From Candidatus Thorarchaeota archaeon SMTZ1-45 (GTDB lineage Archaea; Asgardarchaeota; Thorarchaeia; Thorarchaeales; Thorarchaeaceae), in contig LRSL01000089.1 in NCBI GenBank assembly GCA_001563335.1, forward strand, positions 1 through 52,185: 52,185 nucleotides of DNA, written 5' to 3'. The translations under genes and the position numbers were made by a program. Each line of letters opens with the position of its first letter. Position 1 is the first letter of the stretch. Of the stretch, positions 28,532-38,900 are shown piece by piece. Below the pieces are notes generated by a model. The model saw only the letters and a program-made list of their open reading frames with translations. It did no database searches and was not told where the DNA came from.

Positions 28532-29893
28532 TCAGGTCAAGAGTTCCCGAGTGTTAACTGCAAGGTCAGAGCTTGATTGCTGTCTTGGAATGACTGCAAG
28601 TCCTGTTTGATCTAGGGTGGCACTTGTGTGTATCATGCCCGTAAATACAAACCCCCCATCATTACAAGCAGTCAGCATGAATCCACACTGTGATTGGATT
28701 CCTGTATATCCTGCATCCCATAGTAACATTCCATCTGAGTCGGTTCGTCCAAGCCAGAGATTGTCTTCGTTTATATCTGGTGAGTATCGATTTTGTCCCG
28801 CGATGACAAAACCTCCATCATCGCACTCAAAAACTGAATACCCACCATCTGGATGCGTGTCGCAATAGTTTTCATCCCAGAGAAAGTTACCCTGCGAGTC
28901 TGTGCGAACCAGATAGACAACACCAGAATATTGCATCTGAGTTCCTATAATTGCATATCCTCCATCACTGCACTCAGTTGCAGACCACCCAAACTCCTCT
29001 AGGTATGTACCGTAGGTCCTATTCCAGAGATGGCTACCCCACGAGTCGGTTCTCACAACCCAAACATCTCTCAATCTGACTGGATTGCTTTCAGTCCACC
29101 CGACCATCAGAAAACCGCCATCCCTGCACCGGATAACTGAATTTGCTGCCTCACCCAGATCTCCGCCAAACCTCACGTCCCAGAGAAGTTCACCTGCACT
29201 ATTAGTACGAATGAGCCACATGTCCTGGTCAATTGTCCCAGCTATCGCAAACCCGTCATCGTCGCAGACCACTATTGACCGACCATTCACAGACATAGAA
29301 GTCTGTTCTCCGAAGGTCTTCATCCAGAGTTGATTTCCATACGCGTCCAATCCGACGAGGATTATATCCCGTTCACCTGAACCGAAGCTCTCAGTTTCAC
29401 CAACTGCTGCGAATCCAACACGAGTTTCTGTAATGTCATAGCATTCCTCCCATCCTGTGGCCCCAAACGTCACATTCCATGCTATGAATCCTTGATTGTC
29501 CGTACGTACCATCCACATGTCAGAGTCGCCTGAACCAAAGCTCTCTGTCGACCCTGCCACAATAAAACCTCCATCATTGCACTGGATAACTGTATGCCCT
29601 ATATCTCTGAGATCGCCCCCATAGGTATAGTCCCACTCCACATTTCCATTCTGATCAACACAGAGTAGGTACATGTTCTCGCCAAGTGGTGGTGGAGGTG
29701 GAAAATTGAATATCAACCCAATGATCGGCTGAGGGTTTAACAGCACAAAGAAATTTGTCATGAGAAGCATCGTAAGCCCCACACTCATAACGCGTGTCAT
29801 CAAACCAACATGAATTTCTCTCTTCTTTGATATGGGTGGGATTGGACAGGCTTCGCGTCCTCTACTTACACTCCTTCTGAATCCTTGATCCAT
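28532..29893 (-). CDS. Membrane-anchored beta-propeller protein (DGG[FY] repeats), paralog of 32280..33659
   Basis: Repeats W..TYGG...D.G..V..C.DGGF..AG...DMWL.RTD..G. N-terminal CPIPP followed by a TM helix. Confidence 0.85.
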   Translation of the reverse strand: MDQGFRRSVSRGREACPIPPISKKREIHVGLMTRVMSVGLTMLLMTNFFVLLNPQPIIGLIFNFPPPPPLGENMYLLCVDQNGNVEWDYTYGGDLRDIGHTVIQCNDGGFIVAGSTESFGSGDSDMWMVRTDNQGFIAWNVTFGATGWEECYDITETRVGFAAVGETESFGSGERDIILVGLDAYGNQLWMKTFGEQTSMSVNGRSIVVCDDDGFAIAGTIDQDMWLIRTNSAGELLWDVRFGGDLGEAANSVIRCRDGGFLMVGWTESNPVRLRDVWVVRTDSWGSHLWNRTYGTYLEEFGWSATECSDGGYAIIGTQMQYSGVVYLVRTDSQGNFLWDENYCDTHPDGGYSVFECDDGGFVIAGQNRYSPDINEDNLWLGRTDSDGMLLWDAGYTGIQSQCGFMLTACNDGGFVFTGMIHTSATLDQTGLAVIPRQQSSSDLAVNTRELLT

Positions 29894-30348
29894 TTCAGCC
29901 GCCTCATTATAGTGTCAAACAGGTATATTGAAAGATCTGTCGGAGGCCTTTCATCAGGGATGGCGACCTTCCATTCCTCGGCAAGCTGTTGTAGTGTTTC
30001 TGTACATTGTTCAATCTGGTCGCAGGTGCCACAGTCGCCCTCGTGGGCGAACCATGTCTGAATGCCAATCTTTGGTGAGTAGAGAATATATGTTTCAGTG
30101 TCGTATGCTGAACAATAACCCACAGCAATACCGTAGTTGGTGCTAATGTGCCTTATGCTAATTCGGTTTATTGAGGCAGCATGACGAAGTAGTTTGTCTA
30201 TTCGCGCTTCTGCGATTCTCTGAGCCTTACTCACAAATGGTCGTGACACGTTCATCTCCTTCGCGATTTCATAGGGACGGATCTTTTGCCTCCTCTTGAG
30301 CCAGATGAGCCCCTGTTGGGTTGTTGGATATCGCAGTGATTTGAACGT
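29866..30348 (-). CDS. Tfx/sigma-70-region-4-like HTH regulator with an H-x3-CxxC-x5-C domain, probable ACG start
   Basis: The frame extends 31 codons above the tracked ATG ([37 protein letters not shown]) and is colinear with the paralog at 31825. ACG at 30348 follows AGGAGGAG. Confidence 0.8.
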   Translation of the reverse strand, partial: TFKSLRYPTTQQGLIWLKRRQKIRPYEIAKEMNVSRPFVSKAQRIAEARIDKLLRHAASINRISIRHISTNYGIAVGYCSAYDTETYILYSPKIGIQTWFAHEGDCGTCDQIEQCTETLQQLAEEWKVAIPDERPPTDLSIYLFDTIMRRLKWIKDSEGV

Positions 30349-30496
30349 CGCACGCTCCTCCTGAACACTCGAGAGTTAACCTGATTTAGGCAATCAATAT
30401 TAAACTTCCGTTTTACTAATAAATTAACCGGTTTTTGGCAATTAATATGAAACAAATGTTTGAATAATCTATTTTGTCTTCTAACACACTCTAGGT

Positions 30497-30529
30497 AAAA
30501 AAAAGGGGGAGAGAGGAGGATTCTCTCTC
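30497..30529 (-). terminator. Hairpin plus T-tract after Kelch gene 2
   Basis: GAGAGAG/CTCTCTC stem (30509-30529) and an A8 run on +. Similar to the 27316-27348 element. Confidence 0.5.
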
Positions 30530-30544
30530 AACAAGTTGTATTTT

Positions 30545-31726
30545 CTACCTTCTTCTCATAAATACTACGAGAACTACGATGACTACTCCCGTACCTGCAA
30601 CCGCGAGATACACCCATAATGGAAGACCACCATTACCACCATTGCCGCCATTTGTGAGTGATATATTATAAAGAACCCACGTATCGCCATATGCATCAAC
30701 CCTATTTGGAGTTCCACCAAAGAGAACAACCTTCTTCGAATCATTATTATAGACTAGATCCGCGTAGGTCCTACTGGATGGATGAGTATCAAAATCCAGC
30801 TCAGTCCAGTTGTTATTGTTGTAGTCATATAACCAAGTGTCCGAGTAGTACATGGATGGGTCATCTCTGTCCCCACCAAAGAGGACGACACGGTCCCAGT
30901 CAGCATGATAGGTCATCTGGAAAGAGTTTCGCGCGGGAGGAGCCACAGGTGGGTTCATGTTAGTCCACGTGTTAGAGTCGAAATCATATGCCCATGTCTG
31001 ATCTCTCTGTTCTTCGAAGGTTGCATTTCTGAACTTCCCACCAAAAAGGATGATTCGATCTGACTCACTATCATATGTCATCCCAAAGGCATAGAGAAGA
31101 TCGGGATTTGTTGAAGGACTCATGTTGGTCCAGATGTTTGAGTCATAATCGTACGACCAAGTTTCTGATGAAGGGACTCTGTCGTCCCACACACCACCAT
31201 ACAGGATGAGTCGGTCCGATTGACTATCGTATGCCATGGCGGGCATCGCAGTGCCTCTCGGACTTACAGCAGGTGTCTTGTTCTCCCAAGTTCCAGTGTC
31301 TGTATGGAAGGCCCATGTGTCATTCCAGCATACGAACGGTTCCATCTGTTTCACTCCTCCGAAGAATATCACTCTGTCAGAGTCGCTGTCATACTCAAAC
31401 GCACCCATTGTTCCCCGTGGTGGTGGACTGTCCTCTGGAGTCACATTAGTCCAGATGTTCGAATCAACATCATACGTCCATGTATCCCCGAATACATATG
31501 GAAGCTGAGGATCTTTCCCAGAGAAGAGGACAACAAGGTCCGACCCACTGTCATACGCCATACCTGCAGCCCTTCGAGCCGATGGTTTGGTAGATGGATT
31601 CATGTTTTCCCATATTGTATTCTCATCCAGACCATTCACCTGTGGTTGCAGGACAAGGATTGAGAATGTTAGAATAATCACGAGTCCAAGTGAAAGAGCT
31701 TTGTTTTCATTCCATTTTCGATTCAT
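30545..31726 (-). CDS. Kelch-repeat beta-propeller surface protein with signal peptide and C-terminal TM anchor
   Basis: Six repeats of YDS.SDR.I.FGG...TW.YD.DSN.W. Gly/Asn linker, TM helix and terminal RRR. Confidence 0.9.
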   Translation of the reverse strand: MNRKWNENKALSLGLVIILTFSILVLQPQVNGLDENTIWENMNPSTKPSARRAAGMAYDSGSDLVVLFSGKDPQLPYVFGDTWTYDVDSNIWTNVTPEDSPPPRGTMGAFEYDSDSDRVIFFGGVKQMEPFVCWNDTWAFHTDTGTWENKTPAVSPRGTAMPAMAYDSQSDRLILYGGVWDDRVPSSETWSYDYDSNIWTNMSPSTNPDLLYAFGMTYDSESDRIILFGGKFRNATFEEQRDQTWAYDFDSNTWTNMNPPVAPPARNSFQMTYHADWDRVVLFGGDRDDPSMYYSDTWLYDYNNNNWTELDFDTHPSSRTYADLVYNNDSKKVVLFGGTPNRVDAYGDTWVLYNISLTNGGNGGNGGLPLWVYLAVAGTGVVIVVLVVFMRRR

Positions 31727-31824
31727 TGAATATCTCCCTCTGACCGAACAATTTATTACGAACTTGTTAATATATTTTTGTTAACTATGTTAAGCAATGT
31801 GTGTTAATTGATAGAGGGAATATA

Positions 31825-32295
31825 ATGTTCACCACTCTGCGGTATCCGACCAAGCAGCAGAACCTCATCTGGCTTAGGAGGCGACAAAAGGACCGACCGT
31901 CAGAGATTGCGAACGACCTGAATGTGTCAAGACCCCATGTGACAATGGAACAGAAGAGAGCAGAGGATAGAATCCAAAAGCTCATTGAACATGCTGCGTC
32001 AGTCAACAGAGTGAAGATAGAACATATGAGTGCTCGATATGGTATTGCTGAGGGCTACTGTCATGCCTATGACTCGAAGACATACATCATCTATTCCCCC
32101 AAGATTGGTGTTCAGAACTGGTATGTACACGAGGGAAACTGTGGCACCTGTGATCTGGAAGACCAGTGTAAGGAAACCCTTCGTACTTTGGCGGAGGAGT
32201 GGGAGATAGGAATCCCACCAGGAATGCCACCAACTGAGCTTGGTGTGTACCTGTTTGAGAGAATCCGGAGGCGACTCAAGTGGGACAAGCTGTAA
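31825..32295 (+). CDS. Tfx/sigma-70-region-4-like HTH regulator with an H-x3-CxxC-x5-C domain
   Basis: PTKQQNLIWLRRRQ..RPSEIANDLNVSRPHV forms the HTH. YSPKIGVQNWYVHEGNCGTCDLEDQC follows. Confidence 0.82.
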   Translation: MFTTLRYPTKQQNLIWLRRRQKDRPSEIANDLNVSRPHVTMEQKRAEDRIQKLIEHAASVNRVKIEHMSARYGIAEGYCHAYDSKTYIIYSPKIGVQNWYVHEGNCGTCDLEDQCKETLRTLAEEWEIGIPPGMPPTELGVYLFERIRRRLKWDKL

Positions 32296-33659
32296 AGGAC
32301 CACTCAAGAGTATGCCCATTACCTCCGGGTCCGACCAAGAGAGGCCCTAGGTTACTTAACTCTAAGAACATCATCATGGCAATAGGACTTGTTTTAATCC
32401 TGACAACAGCTAGCTTTTCAGCGTTGGTGTTCACGAATTCCACCTTTGTTCCACCGATTGTCATAACAGGTGAACCATCCGACCATGATGCTCTTCTCCT
32501 GCGATTTGATGATAATGGTGACCTTCTTTGGGATATGACATTCCGCAGCTCTGCCCATGACATGGCCTTCTCTGTTGTGGCGGTAAGTAGTGGGGGATTT
32601 TTGATAGGTGGCACAACAGAGTTGGGGGGGCATCCAATGAAATTTGAGTTATGGCTTATCCGAACCGATGTAGATGGAAATTTATTGTGGCGCAAGACCC
32701 TTGGAGAGGCACATTCCGGCGGAAAACTGCTAGAAACCAGTGATGGTGGATTCGCTATCCTCTATGGAAACCGCACATCAATTTATGATTTTCACAAGAT
32801 TCTATGTATCGATAGGAATGGACAGCCAGTTCAACAACACGAATCGTGGTCTTATGCAGACACTTTTTGGGAGCACAACGAGGGTGGATTCGTTGTTGCA
32901 GGTGGTGATAATGGTGAACCATATGGAACAAATATCGGTATGATAGACACATATGGCAACGAACTTTGGACTCAACATTTTGATTTCCCATGGGCTCCAC
33001 CCGGTCAAGATTTCATTATCGAGGCGACCACTGGTGGATTCATGCTTGTTGGGTATGCTGGACCTGATGTCGGTTCATATCTCATTAGCACTGACACTGA
33101 GGGAAATATGATTTCAGAGAAGAACTATCCAGAAGGCAGCTTTACGTCAATCCTTCAGTGCAGTGACAATGGTTTCTTACTCGTCGGTCCCGAGTCAGCT
33201 CTTCGTCTCGACGAAGCTGGTAATGTCCTTTGGAAATATGACTTTAATTACTTAGATGGAGAATATCACAATCTCGAAACGTTTCCTTTTGAGTTCGTGG
33301 AACTTCAGACTGGAGGTTTCGTCTTTACCCATGGAGCTTGTGAAGTTGGTGAGATGTTTGTCCTGGAATGCATCACTGAACAAGGAAGGAGTGTCTGGAA
33401 TCACACCTTTGACTTAGTAAGTGAACCAAGATACCATGAAACAGGATCTATTGATATTGCAGCTTGTAGCGACGGTGGATTTGTATTGGCAGGGTCAGTC
33501 GAATCTTCACATCTGACACCGCTCATTGATAGCATACCAAGAGCTGAACAAATAACATACAGAATCTATCCAGAAATATTAGTTGCAGGTGCTGCTACTT
33601 TCTTATCTTTTGCAGTCATTGTTGTTTTTGGAAAACAAACACTCTCCATCGGAAAGTGA
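32280..33659 (+). CDS. Membrane-anchored beta-propeller protein (DGGF repeats) with N- and C-terminal TM helices
   Basis: CPLPP then a TM helix, repeats LIRTD.DGNLLW and SDGGFVLAG, and a C-terminal hydrophobic helix. Confidence 0.82.
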   Translation: MGQAVKDHSRVCPLPPGPTKRGPRLLNSKNIIMAIGLVLILTTASFSALVFTNSTFVPPIVITGEPSDHDALLLRFDDNGDLLWDMTFRSSAHDMAFSVVAVSSGGFLIGGTTELGGHPMKFELWLIRTDVDGNLLWRKTLGEAHSGGKLLETSDGGFAILYGNRTSIYDFHKILCIDRNGQPVQQHESWSYADTFWEHNEGGFVVAGGDNGEPYGTNIGMIDTYGNELWTQHFDFPWAPPGQDFIIEATTGGFMLVGYAGPDVGSYLISTDTEGNMISEKNYPEGSFTSILQCSDNGFLLVGPESALRLDEAGNVLWKYDFNYLDGEYHNLETFPFEFVELQTGGFVFTHGACEVGEMFVLECITEQGRSVWNHTFDLVSEPRYHETGSIDIAACSDGGFVLAGSVESSHLTPLIDSIPRAEQITYRIYPEILVAGAATFLSFAVIVVFGKQTLSIGK

Positions 33660-33755
33660 TTCTGAGAAGTAGTCCCTCCTTGAGTATCATCCTATGGTTT
33701 AATATCAAATGAACGCAATAGGTATGTTTTGACGAATTCGCAAGGAGGTGAGAAG

Positions 33756-34052
33756 ATGCCGATATTCGTGATAATGGGTAATCTGACTGAGAAAGGAATC
33801 AAGACCATAAAGGATGCCCCAAAGCGCCAGAAACAGGCTGAGGAGATCATCAAGTCAGTAGGTGGAAAGCTCCTGGGTCTATACTACACCATGGGCAAGT
33901 ACGATTGGGTTTCCATTGTGGAAGGTCCATCCATCGAGGCTGCTATGAAGGCTCTGTTCATCTTTGGAGCTGGTGGAACAAACAGGACCAGGACTATGGT
34001 CGCTCTCACTGCTGATGAGGCAAACAAGATAATCGGTGAGCTTCCTGACTAG
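33756..34052 (+). CDS. GYD domain protein
   Basis: T.KGIKTIKD.PKR...GGKL..LYYTMGKYD. GGAGGTGA SD before the ATG at 33756. Confidence 0.9.
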   Translation: MPIFVIMGNLTEKGIKTIKDAPKRQKQAEEIIKSVGGKLLGLYYTMGKYDWVSIVEGPSIEAAMKALFIFGAGGTNRTRTMVALTADEANKIIGELPD

Positions 34053-34116
34053 TACAAACACTGGGAACGGGAAGACACAAAGGGAACAATAGGCAGCAGA
34101 CCAACGGGTCTTGAAG

Positions 34117-35241
34117 ATGGACTTGGGATACTGTGAACGATTGAACACGCTGACAGCACCAGCAAGAGTAAATCCTGATATAATTGATCTCTCGATGTGC
34201 GATCCTCCACGGTTCGGTTTCGGACCTGATCCAAGGACTCTTGAATCAATCAACATCAAGAGGGCAGAAAAGGGATATCCCTCAATGAATGAAGAGTTGA
34301 TTTCTGAGATTCGAAGACGAACCAAATCATACACTGGAGTGTCCGTCGATGACTCTGAGGTCATCATCACCAATGGATGTGGTAGTGCCTTTGCAGTTCT
34401 ATCAATAGCCCTCAAGGGCTGGCCAGTTGGAATCGAAACCCCCTTCTACTCGCCAGCCTACGAGTATTTCCGGAGGACCTGTTACCTCTGGTATGCTCGG
34501 TGTAAACCTGAACTTGAGTGGGACTTAGATTTCGACCTCCTTCGGATTGAACTGATGCGACGTAAGGGACCTGGTGCCCTCTTTCTTGTTAGTCCCTCAA
34601 ATCCAACTGGTCATGTGCATAGTGAGTCAGACTGGAAAAAGCTGGCTGACCTAGCTGGGGAGTTCGATCAGGTCATCATAACGGACGAAGTCTACGATGA
34701 GATGAGCTACAGGCCTTTCAGCTCGATGCTACGCGTGGCTAAGGATGTACCTGTTATCTACATGCATGGTTTCAGTAAGGTCTGGAGAACTCCCGAGATA
34801 CGTGTGGGCTTTCTCATTCTTCATGACCCAGAGAATCATGCTTCAGGTCTGTATCAAGAGATACAGAAGGTCGCTGCACTCGGGTTTGGTGTGAATCCCT
34901 TCTCGCAGATGATAGCTCTAAGACTCCTAAATGAGGATCTTGACTATAGGAAGAAGCAGTTCGCCTTAATTAGAGAACGACGAGATATTCTACTCAAGGC
35001 TATCAGTGAGTCTGAAAATCTCCAGAGTGTCGAGGCTGGAGGTGCCACCTATCAGATGGTGGAAACTCCATGGAACGATTGGGAAACCTGTTCACGTCTT
35101 GTGGATAAACACAGCATTCTTGTGACTCCAGCCAGTGTCCATGACCCATTCATCGGGGACAAATATGTGCGGATTGTCTTTCTCAATACGCCTGAGAACC
35201 TGACTCGTTTCGTTAACATTCTTGACACTAATCTCTATTGA
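34117..35241 (+). CDS. PLP-dependent aminotransferase class I/II
   Basis: VIITNG, SPSNPTG, ITDEVY and GFSKVWRTPEIRVG motifs. Confidence 0.9.
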   Translation: MDLGYCERLNTLTAPARVNPDIIDLSMCDPPRFGFGPDPRTLESINIKRAEKGYPSMNEELISEIRRRTKSYTGVSVDDSEVIITNGCGSAFAVLSIALKGWPVGIETPFYSPAYEYFRRTCYLWYARCKPELEWDLDFDLLRIELMRRKGPGALFLVSPSNPTGHVHSESDWKKLADLAGEFDQVIITDEVYDEMSYRPFSSMLRVAKDVPVIYMHGFSKVWRTPEIRVGFLILHDPENHASGLYQEIQKVAALGFGVNPFSQMIALRLLNEDLDYRKKQFALIRERRDILLKAISESENLQSVEAGGATYQMVETPWNDWETCSRLVDKHSILVTPASVHDPFIGDKYVRIVFLNTPENLTRFVNILDTNLY

Positions 35242-35651
35242 TCCTCAGGATTAAAGATATCATCCCAGCCAAAGAGGAGCGGCGCGAGCAGGACCCAACC
35301 AATGAGCACTCCTACAAGCACATGGACAAACATGATGTTCGCAACCAAGATGTCCACTGTGAAGCCAATCAGGAACGACACGATCCCAAGATACCCACCA
35401 ATCTTGTTCGCACGCAGAATCAGAAAGACTGCCACAAGTGCTAAACCTGCGCTTATCAAGACTATTGGACCCCAGAAGAATAACCGTGAGGTCCATTGTT
35501 GGAAATGATAGGAGAGATAGTTCCCAGCAATATCGTACAGAAGTGTTTCATAACCTGCTTGAATCATTACCCATGCTAGGAAGGCACCAACTCCACCAAT
35601 TACATAAAATAAGAACTGCGCAGCTACAATCTTCGCGTTTGGCCATCTCAT
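35235..35651 (-). CDS. Hypothetical membrane protein
   Basis: Four hydrophobic segments. Confidence 0.7.
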   Translation of the reverse strand: MRWPNAKIVAAQFLFYVIGGVGAFLAWVMIQAGYETLLYDIAGNYLSYHFQQWTSRLFFWGPIVLISAGLALVAVFLILRANKIGGYLGIVSFLIGFTVDILVANIMFVHVLVGVLIGWVLLAPLLFGWDDIFNPEDQ

Positions 35652-35729
35652 ACTGAACACTCGGTAATGGATGTATTCACTCTTTTCCTAGTTCATGAAT
35701 CGCACTACATCGACCGTTTATCAATCCGA

Positions 35730-35752
35730 ATGTTCATTGTTTTTATGAACAT
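35730..35752. promoter_or_regulatory. Inverted repeat ATGTTCAT-N7-ATGAACAT, candidate operator
   Basis: Perfect 8-bp arms in the divergent intergenic region upstream of the giant surface protein. Confidence 0.35.
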
Positions 35753-35975
35753 CCTTCGATTGAATCTTGATTGCCAACTAGTATGCAGATTATTCCATGA
35801 TTGACGATATTAAAAACAAAATTTCCATTTTTCGTAAAGAGTTCAAACCGGTCTTACATAAATATCTCTGATTACTTATTTTACTGCCTGATAAAGACAC
35901 AATATTGCACTATGATAAAGTCGGGATGCAAGGACACCTCAGGTATGTGATATCTAGTATCTTTGAGGCTGGACA

Positions 35976-38900
35976 ATGAAGAAAATGATGAGAAAACCTC
36001 TACTCTTCGGTTTGCTTATCATAGGTTTTCTCATATTAGGTGCTTTACCGATTCTAGGAAACCCCTCCTTAGCTAGAATATCTACTAACCCTGGAGATGT
36101 CCGCGCACAATACGTTCCCAATAGATCTCATCAGACTGCTGCTGCTCCTACAAAGACTGGTATCCTCTCCCCACTGGAGTTTCTGCAATATGGTATTAAT
36201 ACTGAAACAACAGGCAGCATTTTCGCAAGGACTGATGAGACCCCCTCAATTACAACTGAGCTGACGTTAGATACTGCAAACGGATGGAAAAGTGAACAGG
36301 TGGAGCTCAATGTTTCCGAAATCAGGAAGCTTTTCGTTCTCAATGGTACATTTTCAGATGGATATCCGGGGACCAATATAGAACCATCAGGAAGCGTATC
36401 CTATCATCCGCTGGGGTGGGATGCTGACTCTCTCAATGATGAACCTTCCAAGCAGACAATAAGCGCTACTTATAATGATACAGGCCAAGAGTATGTGGAA
36501 CTCGAGGTTGAGGGAGAATCCACTGGAACCCCATGGGATTTTAAAGTCTACAAACACTCTCATGTCTTTTGGTATCAGGATGTAACACACTCTTTGTCTG
36601 AAACTGACTTCTTACTCAGTTTCGATCTTCTATATGATAGTGGTCCAATTGGAACTCGCCATCTTCAGGATTTTGAGCTCAGGGTAGAAGCTGATTGGGG
36701 CTCTGGAAATGTGATCCTTTGGAGTCTCGACCCTGTTACCATTCCAGCTAGGGATATGTGGGACACTATAGGACCAATTCCAATCACATTGACAGGAGTT
36801 CCTACAACATTTGAATTTCGTTTCATCTTTGAGATTATAGAAGATCGAACACTCGAAGGTGATAGAGAGGACTTTGATGATGATTGGGATAATGCAAAGT
36901 TTGTTAGGTTCTTTGTTGATGATCTTTCCTTCATTTCAGCGGACTACCCAAATCCTGAAGATGTGAATTTGAGGGCTGATATTTCTCCAATCGGAGTATC
37001 GCTCATCGTTGGACTGGGGAGCAGTAGTCAGACGTTGATAAATTACTCGTACTGGGAAACCAGTCCTTTGCCCATAGAGATACTCTCTGACACGCCTGTT
37101 TCCTTCGAGTACGAGGCACGTTTTGTGAGGCAATTTCGGACTGGCAATACAAGTTGGACAACCAACCCATCAGAACTTGGTATTGGATACTCTGTTGATA
37201 TATCCTCAAGTTCTGCACTAACATCATTCTTCTATATTCCTAATCATGATAATCTAGAGGGCTTTATAGTAGAACTGCCCCATGCGTCTGATTATGAAAA
37301 TGCTACTATTTTAGATGCATTATCCACCGATGTAACCTCGTTTTGTACCATTAGTGAGGGCTTGATTCTCATTAGTGGTGACATCCTTGACTCGCTCGGG
37401 TGGTGGAAAGTATCCTTCGACGCACCAAATTATGCTGAAAATGTGACCACCCAGAGGTATGAGGCACCGACCTGGGTCAATCAAACCAGCTTCGATTCAG
37501 GAGACCTAATCCGGTCATCTATAGATATAGGCACCTCTTACTCAACTCCTGCCCTCATAGAGGGCTTGTCCATTGAATGGTTTCTACCAAATAACACTGC
37601 TTGGCATATGGAAATAATCAATGATGGAGTAGGTGGAACTGTCCAGAGTTCTGCACTTACGTTAGGAGCATATAATACGACACCCGGCGAGTGGATCAGT
37701 AGAATCTTCTGGACTAATGGGACTGAAGTCGCTTATGGTGAAACGCAATTTGATCTCTTTCATGAGTCAAGTCTTACACCAGCTACACCAATAATCACTG
37801 CAGGAACAGACACAATAACAACCTGTGCAGTGTATCTTAGAGACTCGGACACGAATGAGTTTCTCCTTGATGATCTATGCGAAGTAGTTGGGAATTGGTC
37901 AAGTGATACAATCATCTTCCAAAGAAATCTTGCAAAATCGTGGTGGGAGGGGGACCTCAACACAACTTTAGTAGGCACAGGCAATCACACCATTGTCATC
38001 AACGCCACAAGACCATATTATAGCTCCAGCAACTGTACAGTTTTGGTCGAGATTGCTACCATCACTCTATTCACGTACTTTGGACCAGACTACATAGATG
38101 TTGGTCTGGGAAGTACTTATACAGCCAATTTCAGATACTGTCTTTCTGATGGGACTGGGCTTGAGGATGCATTGGTTGAAGTAACCACAGTCATTGGTCC
38201 AGTAGGTGGACTGAACTCTGGAAGCACAGTTGCAGTTGCAGGACAACCTGGTAACTATTCAATAGATTTTCAGGTGACTATTGGAGGTTCCTACTTTATT
38301 GTAGTAAGCGCATCCAAGATCGGGTATGATACAAAGACCACATCTTTCAATATAATCTCAGCAGCCATCGGAACAGACCTGATTCTCCTCAATGGGACTT
38401 CTGACGCAATGAATGTGGGTGAGAGTTACAGACTTGCCTTGCAATACCGGAATGATACCGGAGAGGCTCTTGCTGGCGCAACAGTCACAGTTGTGGATGT
38501 TGTACCAAGTGCAGGTCTGACCTTTGATCCCGTTCAGTACCATGGAACTGGCATCTATTCAATTTTGGTGAATGCAGACCTTACAGGCATATTCTCAATA
38601 ACTATCAGAGTAAGCTTGGACGGTTATGAATCACAGGTACGAACTTTCACTATGGTCGTATCAACAATATCGAGTATTCTCTCAGTAGACCCCTCTTTTG
38701 TAACGATATCTGCTGATACCAACTATACTCTGATTGTCACTTTCACAGACGACCTCCTGCAGGGGCTCGAAAATGCAACTGTTTCTGTCATTTCTATAAA
38801 TCCCGCCTCCGGGCTCTACCCATCCGCAACGACAGACCTTGGTTCAGGCTTGTATTCTATAACCTTAGTTCCCTCTGAGGAGGGGACTTACAGTGTAGTC

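Noticed and set aside
29866-30455. Frameshift splitting regulator 1 (ORFs 29866..30255 and 30252..30455)
   Set aside because: Manual translation shows the missing N-terminus is in the same frame as 29866..30255. The 30252..30455 ORF is spurious.
27540-31560. Recurring GTCATA/GCCCATGT-like DNA repeats as a CRISPR array
   Set aside because: They are degenerate codon-level echoes of Kelch protein repeats inside ORFs. No cas genes are present.
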